A DNA stretch of 64,000 bases from Planctomycetota bacterium (GTDB lineage: Bacteria; Planctomycetota; Brocadiia; JAADGH01), in contig JBFMAD010000001.1 in assembly GCA_040755855.1 (NCBI GenBank), forward strand, positions 1 through 64,000. The letters run 5' to 3'. The translations under genes and the position numbers were made by a program. The notes beneath the pieces are model-generated. The model ran no database searches and was not told where the DNA came from. It saw only the letters and a list, made by a program, of their open reading frames with translations. Of this stretch, positions 1 to 10,000 are shown in pieces; positions within the stretch are counted from its first letter, which is position 1, and each line of letters opens with the position of its first letter.

Positions 1-2021
1 CCGCTCCTCGTTGGCGGTTCGGAGGGTTCCCTGGGCAACGAAGAGGAAGAGAAACGGGCTTGTGGATCGACAGAAGTCCCCCACAAAATCACCGAAAAAA
101 TTCCACTTGAAACTCGTGGCAAGACAGTACGCCAGGAATTCGTCCCCTCTCTGACGGGTTCCTGAGGGGAGGGGCCGTGTTCCGAAAACTCCCCGTCATA
201 GCTCGCGGGAATTATATCCGCCGGGGTAAACGGACTTGCCAGCGACGTCCAGCTCCCATACAGTTTTTGACGCATTCTATCGGATTCTACCACGCCGTAC
301 TGGCTGTATCTGCTCGCCATAGAGCGACGCACGCCGTGTCCAAAGAAATCCTCCCACATGTGAGAGACAATCCCCATCTTCTTGAGCGACTCCTCGCATT
401 TGTCCTTGGTCGAAAGCTGATACGCCTCGTTCAACAGCTTGCTGATATTCGTGAGATAAGCCGTTCTCGCTTTCGCTCGCTGCTGATCCGAGTCTGTCCT
501 CCCCCCTCTCTCCTTCCCCAAACTCCATGTGTAATGGAGCTCAAATTCATGGTAGTATTTGATGTCCGCACAGAAGCTCTCATTCTTCACTTTGCTGCGC
601 ACCTTGCTCCAGCACGCTCTGCCTGTCCTATCTTCCATCATCTTCTTGATATTATTCTGCTCAGCAAGCTTGTCGAACGCGGCCTTCGTGATCTCTGGAT
701 GAACGAAAATCGCCCATGTGCCGCTTGGATCCACCTCAACGACAGGATTGTTAAAGGCATAGCTGTAGTGATTGATCCCTTCCTCTGCTACATCCCTTGC
801 CGCGAAACGACCAACCTGTGGGTCATACTCTCTCGCGAAGTTATAGATCAGTGCGGTGTCTTCGTCGAGGATGTGGGAGGAGTAGCGAATGAGGTTGGTT
901 TGGCTGCCTGTGACTTCGAGTTCGTTCCCGAATGCGTCGTATTCGTAGGTCTGCGTCACCGTCTCGTTGGTATTCGTGAGATTGAACACCGACCCGATCT
1001 GGTTCATGTGCGGGAATTGGTAACTTGCGCCGCGCTTGGCGACCGTCCATGAACCTATTCCGGGTATCGGACTCTGGCCGTGCGTGTACTGCGCCTGCAC
1101 GGTTCCGTCGCCGGCCCGTTCCAGAATCGGGTTCAGCCCATCCCAGGTGTAGTACGTCGTGCCATCCCCGTCTATCTTCGAGTGCCTCATCAGCGCCCCG
1201 TCATACCCGTAGTAGTTCACCGTCTTCCCCGGCGCCGCCGCCGACTTCATCATGTTCGCCTGCGTCCACTCGTAATACGTCGCCGCGCCTTCGGTCGGGA
1301 CCTCCTTCGTCAACGTGTTCCCGTCGTCGTCATACGTGTAGTAGGTGTAGACGCCCCCGACCTCCTCCCACAGGAGCTCGTTCGCCGCGTTGTAATGATA
1401 GTATGTCTCCGTCCCGTCCTGGATCATCTTCAGCCGGTTCCCCGACGGATCGTAGTCGTACTGGTAGGAGTAAACCACCTGCGGCGTCCCATCCTGCCAC
1501 TTCTCCCTCGTCAAGCGCTGGAGCGGATCGTACTCATAGTATATCACGATCCCCCCGTCCCGGTCAACCCGCGTGATGTTGCTGTTCTTGTCATGGGTGT
1601 AGTAGAACGTCGCGATGGCCGAGAGGTCGGACTTCACGTTCAGGAGACTCGTCAGCCGTCCCGCCGCGTCGTAGTTGTGATACACCACGCTCTGGTTGCC
1701 CAGGATTCGCTTGACCTCCCGCGACGCCGCGTCATACTCGTAATACGTCGTTTTGTCGTCCGGACTCGTCACCTTCGTCATCCGATTCAGCGCGTCGTAG
1801 GCGTAGTCGGTCCCATACGAGTCCCCCCCGCACAGGATGCCCAGCCGCGTCCGGTTGCCGGCGGGGTCATACTCAAAATACCGCGTCACACCGTCCGGTT
1901 CGATCTGCACCGTCGGGCGGTCCAGGTCGTCGTAGTGGTAATACGTCGTCCCCCGCAGGTCAATCAGCGTCGTCAGGTTCCCCGCCGGGTCGTAGTCTTG
2001 TTCGTGTGCAACAAAAACGTC
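1..2021 (-). CDS. Orphan Rhs/YD-repeat protein (5'-truncated, runs off the left edge) with a C-terminal Zn-PLC/S1-P1/Het-C-like toxin domain
   Basis: Manual translation shows YD repeats (YDPAGN, YDALNR, YDAAGR, YDPSGN, YDAFGN) and the Rhs core end REYDPQVGRFAARD...NHYSYAFNNPVVEVDPSG (~720-835), followed by WAIFVH...HMWEDFFGH. There is an in-frame TGA at 2022-2024 upstream and no stop inside the window, which is why the ORF track omits it. Confidence 0.9.
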
Positions 2022-2063
2022 TCAACGCCGATTGGTAGAACCGCCTTGCCCAAAGCCAACTTC

Positions 2064-3020
2064 TCACCAGAGCCTCTGGCCCGGGCCCACTCGGTACCAG
2101 CGATTTCCATCGTTGGCTATCTCACCATCTGCAATCTTCCCCTCAAATGGGCGTTGTCCTTTTACATAAGCCGCGTCTGGCGCTGGGGAATTGTCTGGGC
2201 CAAAGTACTTCCGCGTGGCTTCATAGTGAAGGTAGACGTGGCTATGGTCCTCCGCCCAGCGTTGCACTTGCCGGGCAAAGAGCAAACCTAGACTGGCGAC
2301 CAACACAAGGCTGACTGGAATGGCCATCAATCGATACCTGCCAGCAGACACAAGCACAGCCAACACGAAAACAGCGAAGAAAAGCACCGTACTCGCCAAC
2401 TGCGGCAATCGGTCGGCCAGGAGCCCGACAAGGGTGCGCCTAAACTGAACGCTTCCGCAGATGTACATTTTGCCCTGCTGTGTCATACAGAACGTTGGCC
2501 CCTCTGAAGGGCTCATATGCTGAGGCCACGCGTAGACAATGAAGTTGTTCTCACGCAGATTAATGGCTTCTTGACTCTCATCATGATAAATTGCTCTCTT
2601 ATTGCTATCGTCCCCTGTGTTCCCGATCTCATAAAATGGTTTGCCACGGCGTCCTGGAAGCCAGATTCGAACCAAGTACCTTGAATACAACTGGTAGCAT
2701 TCTTCCACACGCCCCGCGCCTGCCCGCAAACGCACCACTCCTGGGGCATATCGCTGAATCGGCCTACGCTTAACACCGGCCCTAAACTCGTGGCAGGTCA
2801 GTTCAGACAAGAGGCCATACTCACCAAGACCATCGCCGTCTTCATCCATGACCAGAGCACCCTGGAAGTCGAACTCAGCCTGCAACAAATCGAGCAAGTC
2901 GGCCCTTGTTCCCTTTGCACTACCTATTGTCCCCGATACCGGACTTCCCTCTACAATGCTGGCTCCGAGCCACAAGAACGTGAGCAGAAGCAGGATACGG
3001 GGCGACGTTAAGTATCGCAT
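2064..3020 (-). CDS. Exported/membrane hypothetical protein; possible immunity protein
   Basis: N-terminal hydrophobic signal, DEDGDGLGEYGLLSEL and YAWP...FCMTQQG motifs resembling planctomycete pilin-like/DUF2950-like proteins, and two internal TM segments. Lower GC than core genes; lies directly upstream of the orphan rhs. Confidence 0.65.
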   Translation of the reverse strand: MRYLTSPRILLLLTFLWLGASIVEGSPVSGTIGSAKGTRADLLDLLQAEFDFQGALVMDEDGDGLGEYGLLSELTCHEFRAGVKRRPIQRYAPGVVRLRAGAGRVEECYQLYSRYLVRIWLPGRRGKPFYEIGNTGDDSNKRAIYHDESQEAINLRENNFIVYAWPQHMSPSEGPTFCMTQQGKMYICGSVQFRRTLVGLLADRLPQLASTVLFFAVFVLAVLVSAGRYRLMAIPVSLVLVASLGLLFARQVQRWAEDHSHVYLHYEATRKYFGPDNSPAPDAAYVKGQRPFEGKIADGEIANDGNRWYRVGPGQRLW

Positions 3021-3142
3021 GAATCACCTGTAACTTTTCTTGCAGTATCCATTCAAGGGGAATGCAAACATCGCGCGCACACACGTCCTGACATTGCTGC
3101 TAAAAAGTCTCGTACTATCCTACAGAATTTTAGCGCAATGAC

Positions 3143-3600
3143 TTATTCCGGGGACATATCACTGACTTATTCCGGGACTTATTCCGGGGACATATCACTG
3201 ATTTCTCCAAAGCTTCCGGGGGCGACCTGGCCTTCCTCTGCTCAGGTCGCGTCCGGTCCGCCTCTCCACCTTCGCCACGAACGCCCCATCCCCCCACGGT
3301 CGCCGTGCCCGCGACAACTGCTCCTGCAATTCACGGCATGTTGAAAGTATGCCTCATTCCACGCCCCCGATTATTCCGGGGACATAACACTATTTTCTCT
3401 TTAGATTATTCCGGGGACATAACACTATTTTCTCTTTATGCGATTCCGGCGCAGCACTCTGGGGTGCTGCGGCTGCAGAGAATGTCTCAGCCCTGCCTTC
3501 AGTATATCCCATATCCCGTCGTTGTCAAATGCGAAGGCCAAAAAATAGGTATATGTCCCCGGAATAGCCGGAATAGCCGGAATAGCCACCGGAATAGCCA
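3143..3600. repeat. REP-like TATTCCGGGGACATA repeat cluster with stuttered ends
   Basis: TTATTCCGGGGACATA at 3143, 3179, 3371 and 3406 (35-bp perfect tandem 3369-3438), a partial copy at 3167, and an inverted TATGTCCCCGGAATAG at 3552 followed by three more CCGGAATAG units. Confidence 0.9.
3195..3332 (-). pseudogene. C-terminal remnant of a RAYT/IS200-like tyrosine transposase
   Basis: Translates ELQEQLSRARRPWGDGAFVAKVERRTGRDLSRGRPGRPRKLWRNQ*, resembling the RPLGxxxF...LGR...GRPRK tail of RAYT-like transposases. No start codon and no HUH domain; flanked by the repeats. Confidence 0.6.
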
Positions 3601-3714
3601 ATAAGAATCCCACCGGCAAAGGAGACGCGGTCCTCGGAAAAGTGAACTACAGCCCCTGGAAGACAAAGGTGGCAGAGCAGGTGAGGTGAACTGGGGGTGC
3701 CGAGCCGGTACCGA

Positions 3715-6700
3715 CTACGCCCGCGCCGCCGCCTCGTTGACGGCGTTGCAGATTTCCTCGCGGCGGAAGGGCTTGAAGATGACCGGGTTGTTGATCCCTT
3801 CGAGGAGGTGCTTGGTTCGCGTCTGTGTGGTCGAGCCGGTGATGAATATGACGCGGTCGGCGAGGCCGGGCTTGTTGGCCTTGATCCAGTTATACATGTC
3901 TCTGGCTGAGATATCCCCCGGCATCACCAGGTCGCTGACGACCACGTCGAAGTCGGACGATTTGAGCACCGCAACCGCCTCGGTGGGGCTGTTGCAGGTG
4001 TGCACGATATACCCCAGCCTCGCCAGCAGGGAGTGGATGGCGTTGGCCACCTTCTTCTCGTCATCCACGACCAGCACCCGCTTGCCGGGGGAGGGGGGAA
4101 CGGTCGCTGCCTCCTCTTGTTTCTTTGCCTTCTCGGCCCTATCGGGCATGATCGGCAACCGAATCACGAAGCGGGCCCCCTCCGCGGTGTTCTCGGCCGT
4201 GATGGCCCCATTGTGATCGCCCACGATCCCGTAGGCGACGCTCAGACCCAACCCGGTGCCCTTGCCCACCTCCTTGGTGGTGTAGAACGGCTCAAATACC
4301 CGGTGCGGCTCCTTCATTCCCCCCGCGTTGTCCTCGATCTCGATGGACACCCGGCTGTCCATGTGCCTGGTCCGGAGCACGATCCTGCCCCTTACCTTCC
4401 GCTCCGTGATCGCGTCATAGGCGTTGTTGATGATGTTGAGGAACACCTGCTGCAGGTTGTGCGCATTGCCGTAAACCTTGGGCAGGTCCGGATCGTATTC
4501 CTCGACGACCTGGATGTTGCTGACCTCCATGTCGTACCGCCGCAGGTCAATGCTGTTCATCATCACCTCATTGATGTTCACCATCTCCTTCCGGCCGGGA
4601 TCGCGCCGGGCGAAGCGGAGCAGGTTCTCGACGATGTGCGAGCAGCGCTCGACCTCCTGCAGGATATTTTGGATTTCGACGTGGGCCGCCGATGAAATGG
4701 CCTTGTCCTCCTCCAGGAGATACGCAAACGCGCAGATCGCGCTGAGGGGATTGTTGATCTCGTGGGCCACCCCGGAGATCATCGTCCCCAGCGCGGCCAG
4801 CTTGGACGACTGGAGAATCTCCTGCTGCATCTGCTTCCGCTCGGTGATGTCGTGGACCGTGCTGAGGATGGCCAGCTCCCCGCCGATCTGAATTGCGCTC
4901 GAATAGACCTCCACGTCCACCGCGCTTCCGTCGGCCCGAACATCCCGCAGCTCGTAGACGCGCGGCCGGTCCTTCGCCGCCAACTGCCGGCGGCGGGCCA
5001 ACACGTGCCGGTCGTCCGGGTGGATCACATCCATGACCTCCATCCCCATCACCTGGTCCTTGCCCTGAAACCCGTGCAGCCGGAGCCAGGCGCCGTTCAC
5101 ATCCACCATCTTCCCCCGGATAGTCAGCGACATCGCCTCCAGAGAGTCCTCAAAGAGCGTCCGATACTTCTCCTCCGACTCCCGCAGGGCGTTCTTGGCC
5201 CGCTTGCGTTCGGTAATGTCCCGCACGGTGGAGAGGATGGCCTCTTTGCCGTCTAAGAGGATAGTGTTGGAGTAGAGCTCCACGTCAATGACACGGCCGT
5301 CCTTCCCGATGTCTCTCAGTTCGTAGGTCCGCCGCTGCCCCCCGTCGAACGCACCCCGTCGCCGGAGAAAGACGTCGCGATCGTCCGGGTGCACGACGGT
5401 CATGATGTCCGCGCCGACGATTTCCTTCTTGTCCTTGAACCCGTGAAGTTCAAGCCAGGCGGCGTTCACATCCACGATCTTGCCGCCGATCGTCAGCGAC
5501 ATCGCCTCCAGGGAATCCTCGAAGATCGTGCGGTACTTCTCCTCCGATTCGCGGAGGGCCTTCCGGGCCCGATTGCGCTCCGTCACATCGCGGACGGCGG
5601 TCAGGATGGCCTCCCGGCCGTCCAGAACGATAGTGTTCGAGTAGAGCTCCACATCCACCAGCCCCCCGTCCTTCCGCACGTCGCGCAGCTCATAGATCCG
5701 CCTCTGGTCGCCGGACCACATATCGCGGCGCTTGCGGAGCGATCCCCGGTCGTCCGGGTGAACGATGTTGATGATGTCCGTCCCCAACACCTCGTCCTTG
5801 CTCGCAAAGCCGTGCAGCTCAAGCCAGGCGGGATTCACATCCACAATCTTTCCCGCGATAGTGACGGACATCCCCTCCAGGGAATCCTGAAACAACGTTC
5901 GATATTTCCCCTCCGACTCCTCCTTCGACTTCTGCAGCAGCACGTTTTCCAGCGCCGTCGCCGCATGATTCGCCAGGACGCACAGCCGGTTCAGATCGGT
6001 CAGGATGAATCGCTTCGCGGGGTCCGAACGGCCGACCCTGAGCAGCCCCAGCACCTCGCCCGCGCTTTTCAAGGGGACGTACAAACCCGAACGGGGAGCG
6101 CCGCCTCCCGCTGCTCGGGGCTCCACCGCCAGCACTGCGAGTCCCTCATCCATCACCCGCTCCAGCACCCCGCTCCCCACGGTGATCTTCTCGGCGCGCT
6201 CGCCCTCGGGACGCACGACCGCCACCTCCAGGGCCCGCGGCGTGCCCCGCGTCAAGGCCAGGAAGCCCTCGTCCGCGCTCATCATCTCCAGCGCAATATC
6301 CATGCACTTCTCGACCAGCTCCCCCACGCCCCGCGCCTGGCCGAACGCGGCCATCCCCCGGCACAGGGTCTCGAAGGCCCGTTCCGCCTCCAGAAACGCC
6401 TCGTCATTCGCCAGGACCGAGTCCACCCCCAGGAAGGTGGCCTTTTCCACAGGCACGGACGACTCGATCCGCTGGTCCTTCTTCCCCTCGCTGAGGGTGA
6501 TCTGCCTGTCGCTCTTCCGACCGTGCGGCGCGCCGACAACCGTCCCCTCGTCGAAACGGAACACGGTCATGCCCACGATGATCAGGTCGCCCGTCTTTAA
6601 CACCGCCTCGCTGACGGGCCTCCGGTTCACCAGCGTCCCGCTCCGGCTCCCTCGATCCACCACCCGATACCCCCCATCCGTCTTTTCGATGTGGCAATGG

Positions 6701-6843
6701 TCCGGACACACCCGGGCATCATCGAGCGAGACGGCGCTCTCCTCGCTGCTTCCGATGGTCAGGGGTTCGCGGTCCGGTATCGGATAGAACGCCCCCGCCT
6801 TGATCCCGTCCACGGCCGTTTCAATGACTCGGATCGTTGCCAT
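3715..6843 (-). CDS. Cytoplasmic hybrid histidine kinase: FHA-GAF-PAS-PAS-PAS-HisKA-HATPase-REC
   Basis: H-box AHEINNPL, N-box QVFLNIINNA, FEPFYTTK, GTGLGL, and C-terminal REC (VDDE...DLVMPG...KPF). Three PAS/PAC repeats (ESEEKYRTLFEDS...HPDDR...RDITERK), an N-terminal FHA-like fold and no TM. ATG 6843 chosen over TTG 6858. Confidence 0.92.
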   Translation of the reverse strand: MATIRVIETAVDGIKAGAFYPIPDREPLTIGSSEESAVSLDDARVCPDHCHIEKTDGGYRVVDRGSRSGTLVNRRPVSEAVLKTGDLIIVGMTVFRFDEGTVVGAPHGRKSDRQITLSEGKKDQRIESSVPVEKATFLGVDSVLANDEAFLEAERAFETLCRGMAAFGQARGVGELVEKCMDIALEMMSADEGFLALTRGTPRALEVAVVRPEGERAEKITVGSGVLERVMDEGLAVLAVEPRAAGGGAPRSGLYVPLKSAGEVLGLLRVGRSDPAKRFILTDLNRLCVLANHAATALENVLLQKSKEESEGKYRTLFQDSLEGMSVTIAGKIVDVNPAWLELHGFASKDEVLGTDIINIVHPDDRGSLRKRRDMWSGDQRRIYELRDVRKDGGLVDVELYSNTIVLDGREAILTAVRDVTERNRARKALRESEEKYRTIFEDSLEAMSLTIGGKIVDVNAAWLELHGFKDKKEIVGADIMTVVHPDDRDVFLRRRGAFDGGQRRTYELRDIGKDGRVIDVELYSNTILLDGKEAILSTVRDITERKRAKNALRESEEKYRTLFEDSLEAMSLTIRGKMVDVNGAWLRLHGFQGKDQVMGMEVMDVIHPDDRHVLARRRQLAAKDRPRVYELRDVRADGSAVDVEVYSSAIQIGGELAILSTVHDITERKQMQQEILQSSKLAALGTMISGVAHEINNPLSAICAFAYLLEEDKAISSAAHVEIQNILQEVERCSHIVENLLRFARRDPGRKEMVNINEVMMNSIDLRRYDMEVSNIQVVEEYDPDLPKVYGNAHNLQQVFLNIINNAYDAITERKVRGRIVLRTRHMDSRVSIEIEDNAGGMKEPHRVFEPFYTTKEVGKGTGLGLSVAYGIVGDHNGAITAENTAEGARFVIRLPIMPDRAEKAKKQEEAATVPPSPGKRVLVVDDEKKVANAIHSLLARLGYIVHTCNSPTEAVAVLKSSDFDVVVSDLVMPGDISARDMYNWIKANKPGLADRVIFITGSTTQTRTKHLLEGINNPVIFKPFRREEICNAVNEAAARA

Positions 6844-6977
6844 CACTCTTGGTCGCAATACCTTTTTATCCGCTGGGGACGTGCGTCGTTCCAGGCATGT
6901 TTCTACAATACCAAAGATAGCCCAGAAGGCGGGGGCGAATCAAGGGAAAAATTCTCGTCAGTTGACCCTCAAAAGCA

Positions 6978-7006
6978 TTGAAAAATAAAATAGAATTGGG
7001 TATCAT
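6978..7006 (+). promoter_or_regulatory. Sigma70-type promoter for the REC-kinase-ankyrin gene
   Basis: TTGAAA-17 bp-TATCAT. This implies the true start is ATG 7073 (after AAGGA), not 7007. Confidence 0.6.
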
Positions 7007-7072
7007 ATGGGATTCAAAGTGGCGGCGCTGCCAGGGAAGACCGCCGGAGGAAGGTCCGGAAGGAAACAAGGA

Positions 7073-10000
7073 ATGGGAACGGAGCGGATACTCATCGTAG
7101 ATGACGACAGAAGCGTCCGCGATGGCGTCTCGCGGGTGCTCCGAAGCAAGGGCTTCGAGATCGAAGTGGCCGATGAGCCCGCCATTGCTCTGGACATCCT
7201 GCGCAACTTCCGGCCCGCCCTCGTCCTGACTGACGTCTATATGCCGGGCATGGACGGCGTGGCGCTGGCCCGGTCGGCCAAGGCGCAATACCCCGATATC
7301 GGCCTGATCGCCATGACCGGCCACGCCAGCATGGCCTCCGCCGTGGAGTTCCTCAAGCTCGGCGCCGATGACTACCTCAAGAAGCCCGTCCCAATGGGCA
7401 GACTCATCGCTTCGATCCAGATGGCCCTCGAAAAACGAGAGGCCAAGGCCGGGAAGAAAAGCAAAGAAGCCCCGAAAGAAGAAGAAAAGGCGGCAATCGC
7501 CGCTGAAAAACCCGCCGACGCGGCGGAGGGTCCCCCCACCGAGCAACTGACCCTGGCGGAACTCGAGGCCCGGGCGGCGGAACAGAAACCCCAGGAGCCG
7601 GCCCCGGAGGCCGCAACCCAGCAGATCCCCATCGTCCGACCGGAAAAAGCCCCCCCTCAGGGCCTGGCCGATCTTCATACCCAGGAGATCATGCTGGACG
7701 CCGTGGAAGGGGCCGTCGAGCGAACGGAAAAACCGCCCCGGCAAGTCGAGCCGCCCGCTCAACCGCCGCCGACTGTCGCCAAGCCGGCCGTCGTGGAGGC
7801 CCCGCCCCCAAGCCCCTCGCGCAAGGAGCCGGAGGACTGGCAGCGGCAACTGATGCAGGAGCTGGCCGCCCAGTCGGCTGAGGATCGCTCCCCGCCCGAA
7901 GAACTGCCCGAGCAGGCGCCGGAGGGCGCCGACAGGCTGCACCCCGAGGAACTCATGCTCGAGGCCCTGGACCAGGTCCAGGGAAAGAAGCCCCCCCGAG
8001 AGGAGCCGGTTGGGTCTCAGACCGCGCATATCCGCGTGGATGCCCTCGCCTGGCCGCAAACAGAAGAGGCCCCGCAGGAGGCGACCGAACAGCCCCCCGC
8101 CGAACCCACGGCGGCGGACGAAGACAGGGCGGCCGAGGAGGCCATTGTCGGACCGCCGCAGAAACAAGCCGCCCCCGTCGAGACCATCGAGATGACGGCG
8201 GAGGAAGATGCAGCGGAGGAACGCCCCGCCTCGCCGTTCCCCAATTACGAGATCGTCGAGGATATCGTCCGAGGGGAGATGGGCGATGTCTTCAAGGCGA
8301 GGCAATTAAACCCGCCCCGGCTCGTCGCCCTGAAGGTGGTCCCCCAAAGCGCATTTGACTCCCAGGAGGAGGAAGATCGTTTCCTGCGGGAGAGCAGGGC
8401 CGCCGCCGCCCTGTCCCATCCCGGCGTGGTTCCCATCTACGACATCGCCGAGGTGCAGGGGAACTATTGCTTTGCGATGGAATACGTCGAGGGCGAGACC
8501 CTCGATGAATACATCAAGACGCGCAAAGAGGGCGTGGAGGACAGGCTCAACCTCTTCCTCAAGATCTCCGAGATCGTCGCCTACGCCCACAGCCAGGGTG
8601 TGCTGCATCGAGACTTAAAACCCTCCAACATTATCATTGACCGGGCGGGCCGCGTCCGCATCAGCGACTTCAGCCTCGCCCGCCTGACGGAAACCGTGCC
8701 CGGCCATGAAGACACCGAGGTTATGATGTCCAGCGTCGTCGTGGGCACATTGGCCTACATGAGCCCCGAACAAACCCTCGGCAGCCGGGAAAAGATGGAC
8801 GAGAGATCGGACATCTACTCACTCGGCGTTATCCTCTACGAAATGCTGACAGACACACGGCCCTACTTTGTGGACGTCCTGCCCGACCCCATCGAGGCCC
8901 TCGACAGCATCCGGAAAGAAAACCCGAAACGTCCGTCGGACGTGGTTCGCACCCTGGAAGGGGACCTGGAGAACATCATCCTGAAGAGCCTGGCCAAGGC
9001 CAAGGAGGAGCGATACCAGTCCGTCGCCGACCTCGCGGCGGACATCGAGACCTACCTGGCCGGCGAGGAGGTCGGCGCGCCGATGGCGGAGGCAAAGGCC
9101 GCCCCGAGGCGAGCGCTCCAGGTCGCCATTGTCCTGGTCCTGCTCGGCCTCCTTGCCTTCATCTGGATCCGCTCCGCAAAACGAGACCGCGAGAAAGCGC
9201 CTGGACCGGACCAGGGATCGGAGCAAACCACCGCGACGCCGGATATCCCGAAGCCGGACAGCGCAGCACAGCCGGTCGCTGCCCCTCGGCCGGAGGGCGC
9301 GAAACCGGTCGTGGAGCCGCCTTCTCCCTCTGCGATGGACGAGCGGCTAAAGGCCATAGAGGCCCAAACGGCGAGACTGCTCGAAGAACTGGACGCCGAG
9401 AAGACACGCGCCATGGAGGCCGAGGAAAAGGCAAAGGACGACGCCGCCCGCATGGAGCAGATCGCCGCGCAATTGCAAGCCGAACGCGAACGAGCCGACG
9501 AGGCCCGTAAGAAGGCCGAGGCGGAGGCCGCCAGGATCAAAGATCTCCAGATCCATATGGAGAAGGAGAAGGCCCGCGCCGCAGAGGCGGAGGAGCGCGC
9601 CAAGGCCGAAGAACAGCGCGCCCAAAAGCTCCTGGCCGAACTGAAGGCGGAAAAAGAGCGAGCGGCCCAGGAGGAACTGAAGCCGCCGCCCAAGCCCGAG
9701 GTCAAGCCGGAACCTGCGCCCATGCCGGAGCACAAGCCCGAACCCATACCTATACCCGCGCCGGAGGCCAAGCCCGCGCCCAAGCCAACACCCGAACCCA
9801 AACCCGAGGCGAAACCCGAACCCCAGCCGCAGCCCCCCCCGGTAATCGCTGCCCCATCCAGGCTGTGGGACAGGGAGGCGCCGAATAAGACGCCCGACAC
9901 GGCCAAGGTCGAGAAGCCTGCCCCGGAGAAGCCGCCAACCGTCGCGGCGCCGGCGAAGCCTGCGCTCGATGCGAAGCCGGTGCTCGTGGCAAAGCCGACG

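Noticed and set aside
177..2291. Plus-strand ORFs 177-1052 and 1080-2291
   Set aside because: They are codon-aligned antisense shadows of the Rhs gene; the Val/Arg-rich text mirrors Tyr-Asp repeats.
3143..3600. CRISPR array
   Set aside because: Repeats are adjacent or irregularly spaced, occur in both orientations, lack uniform unique spacers, and there are no cas genes.
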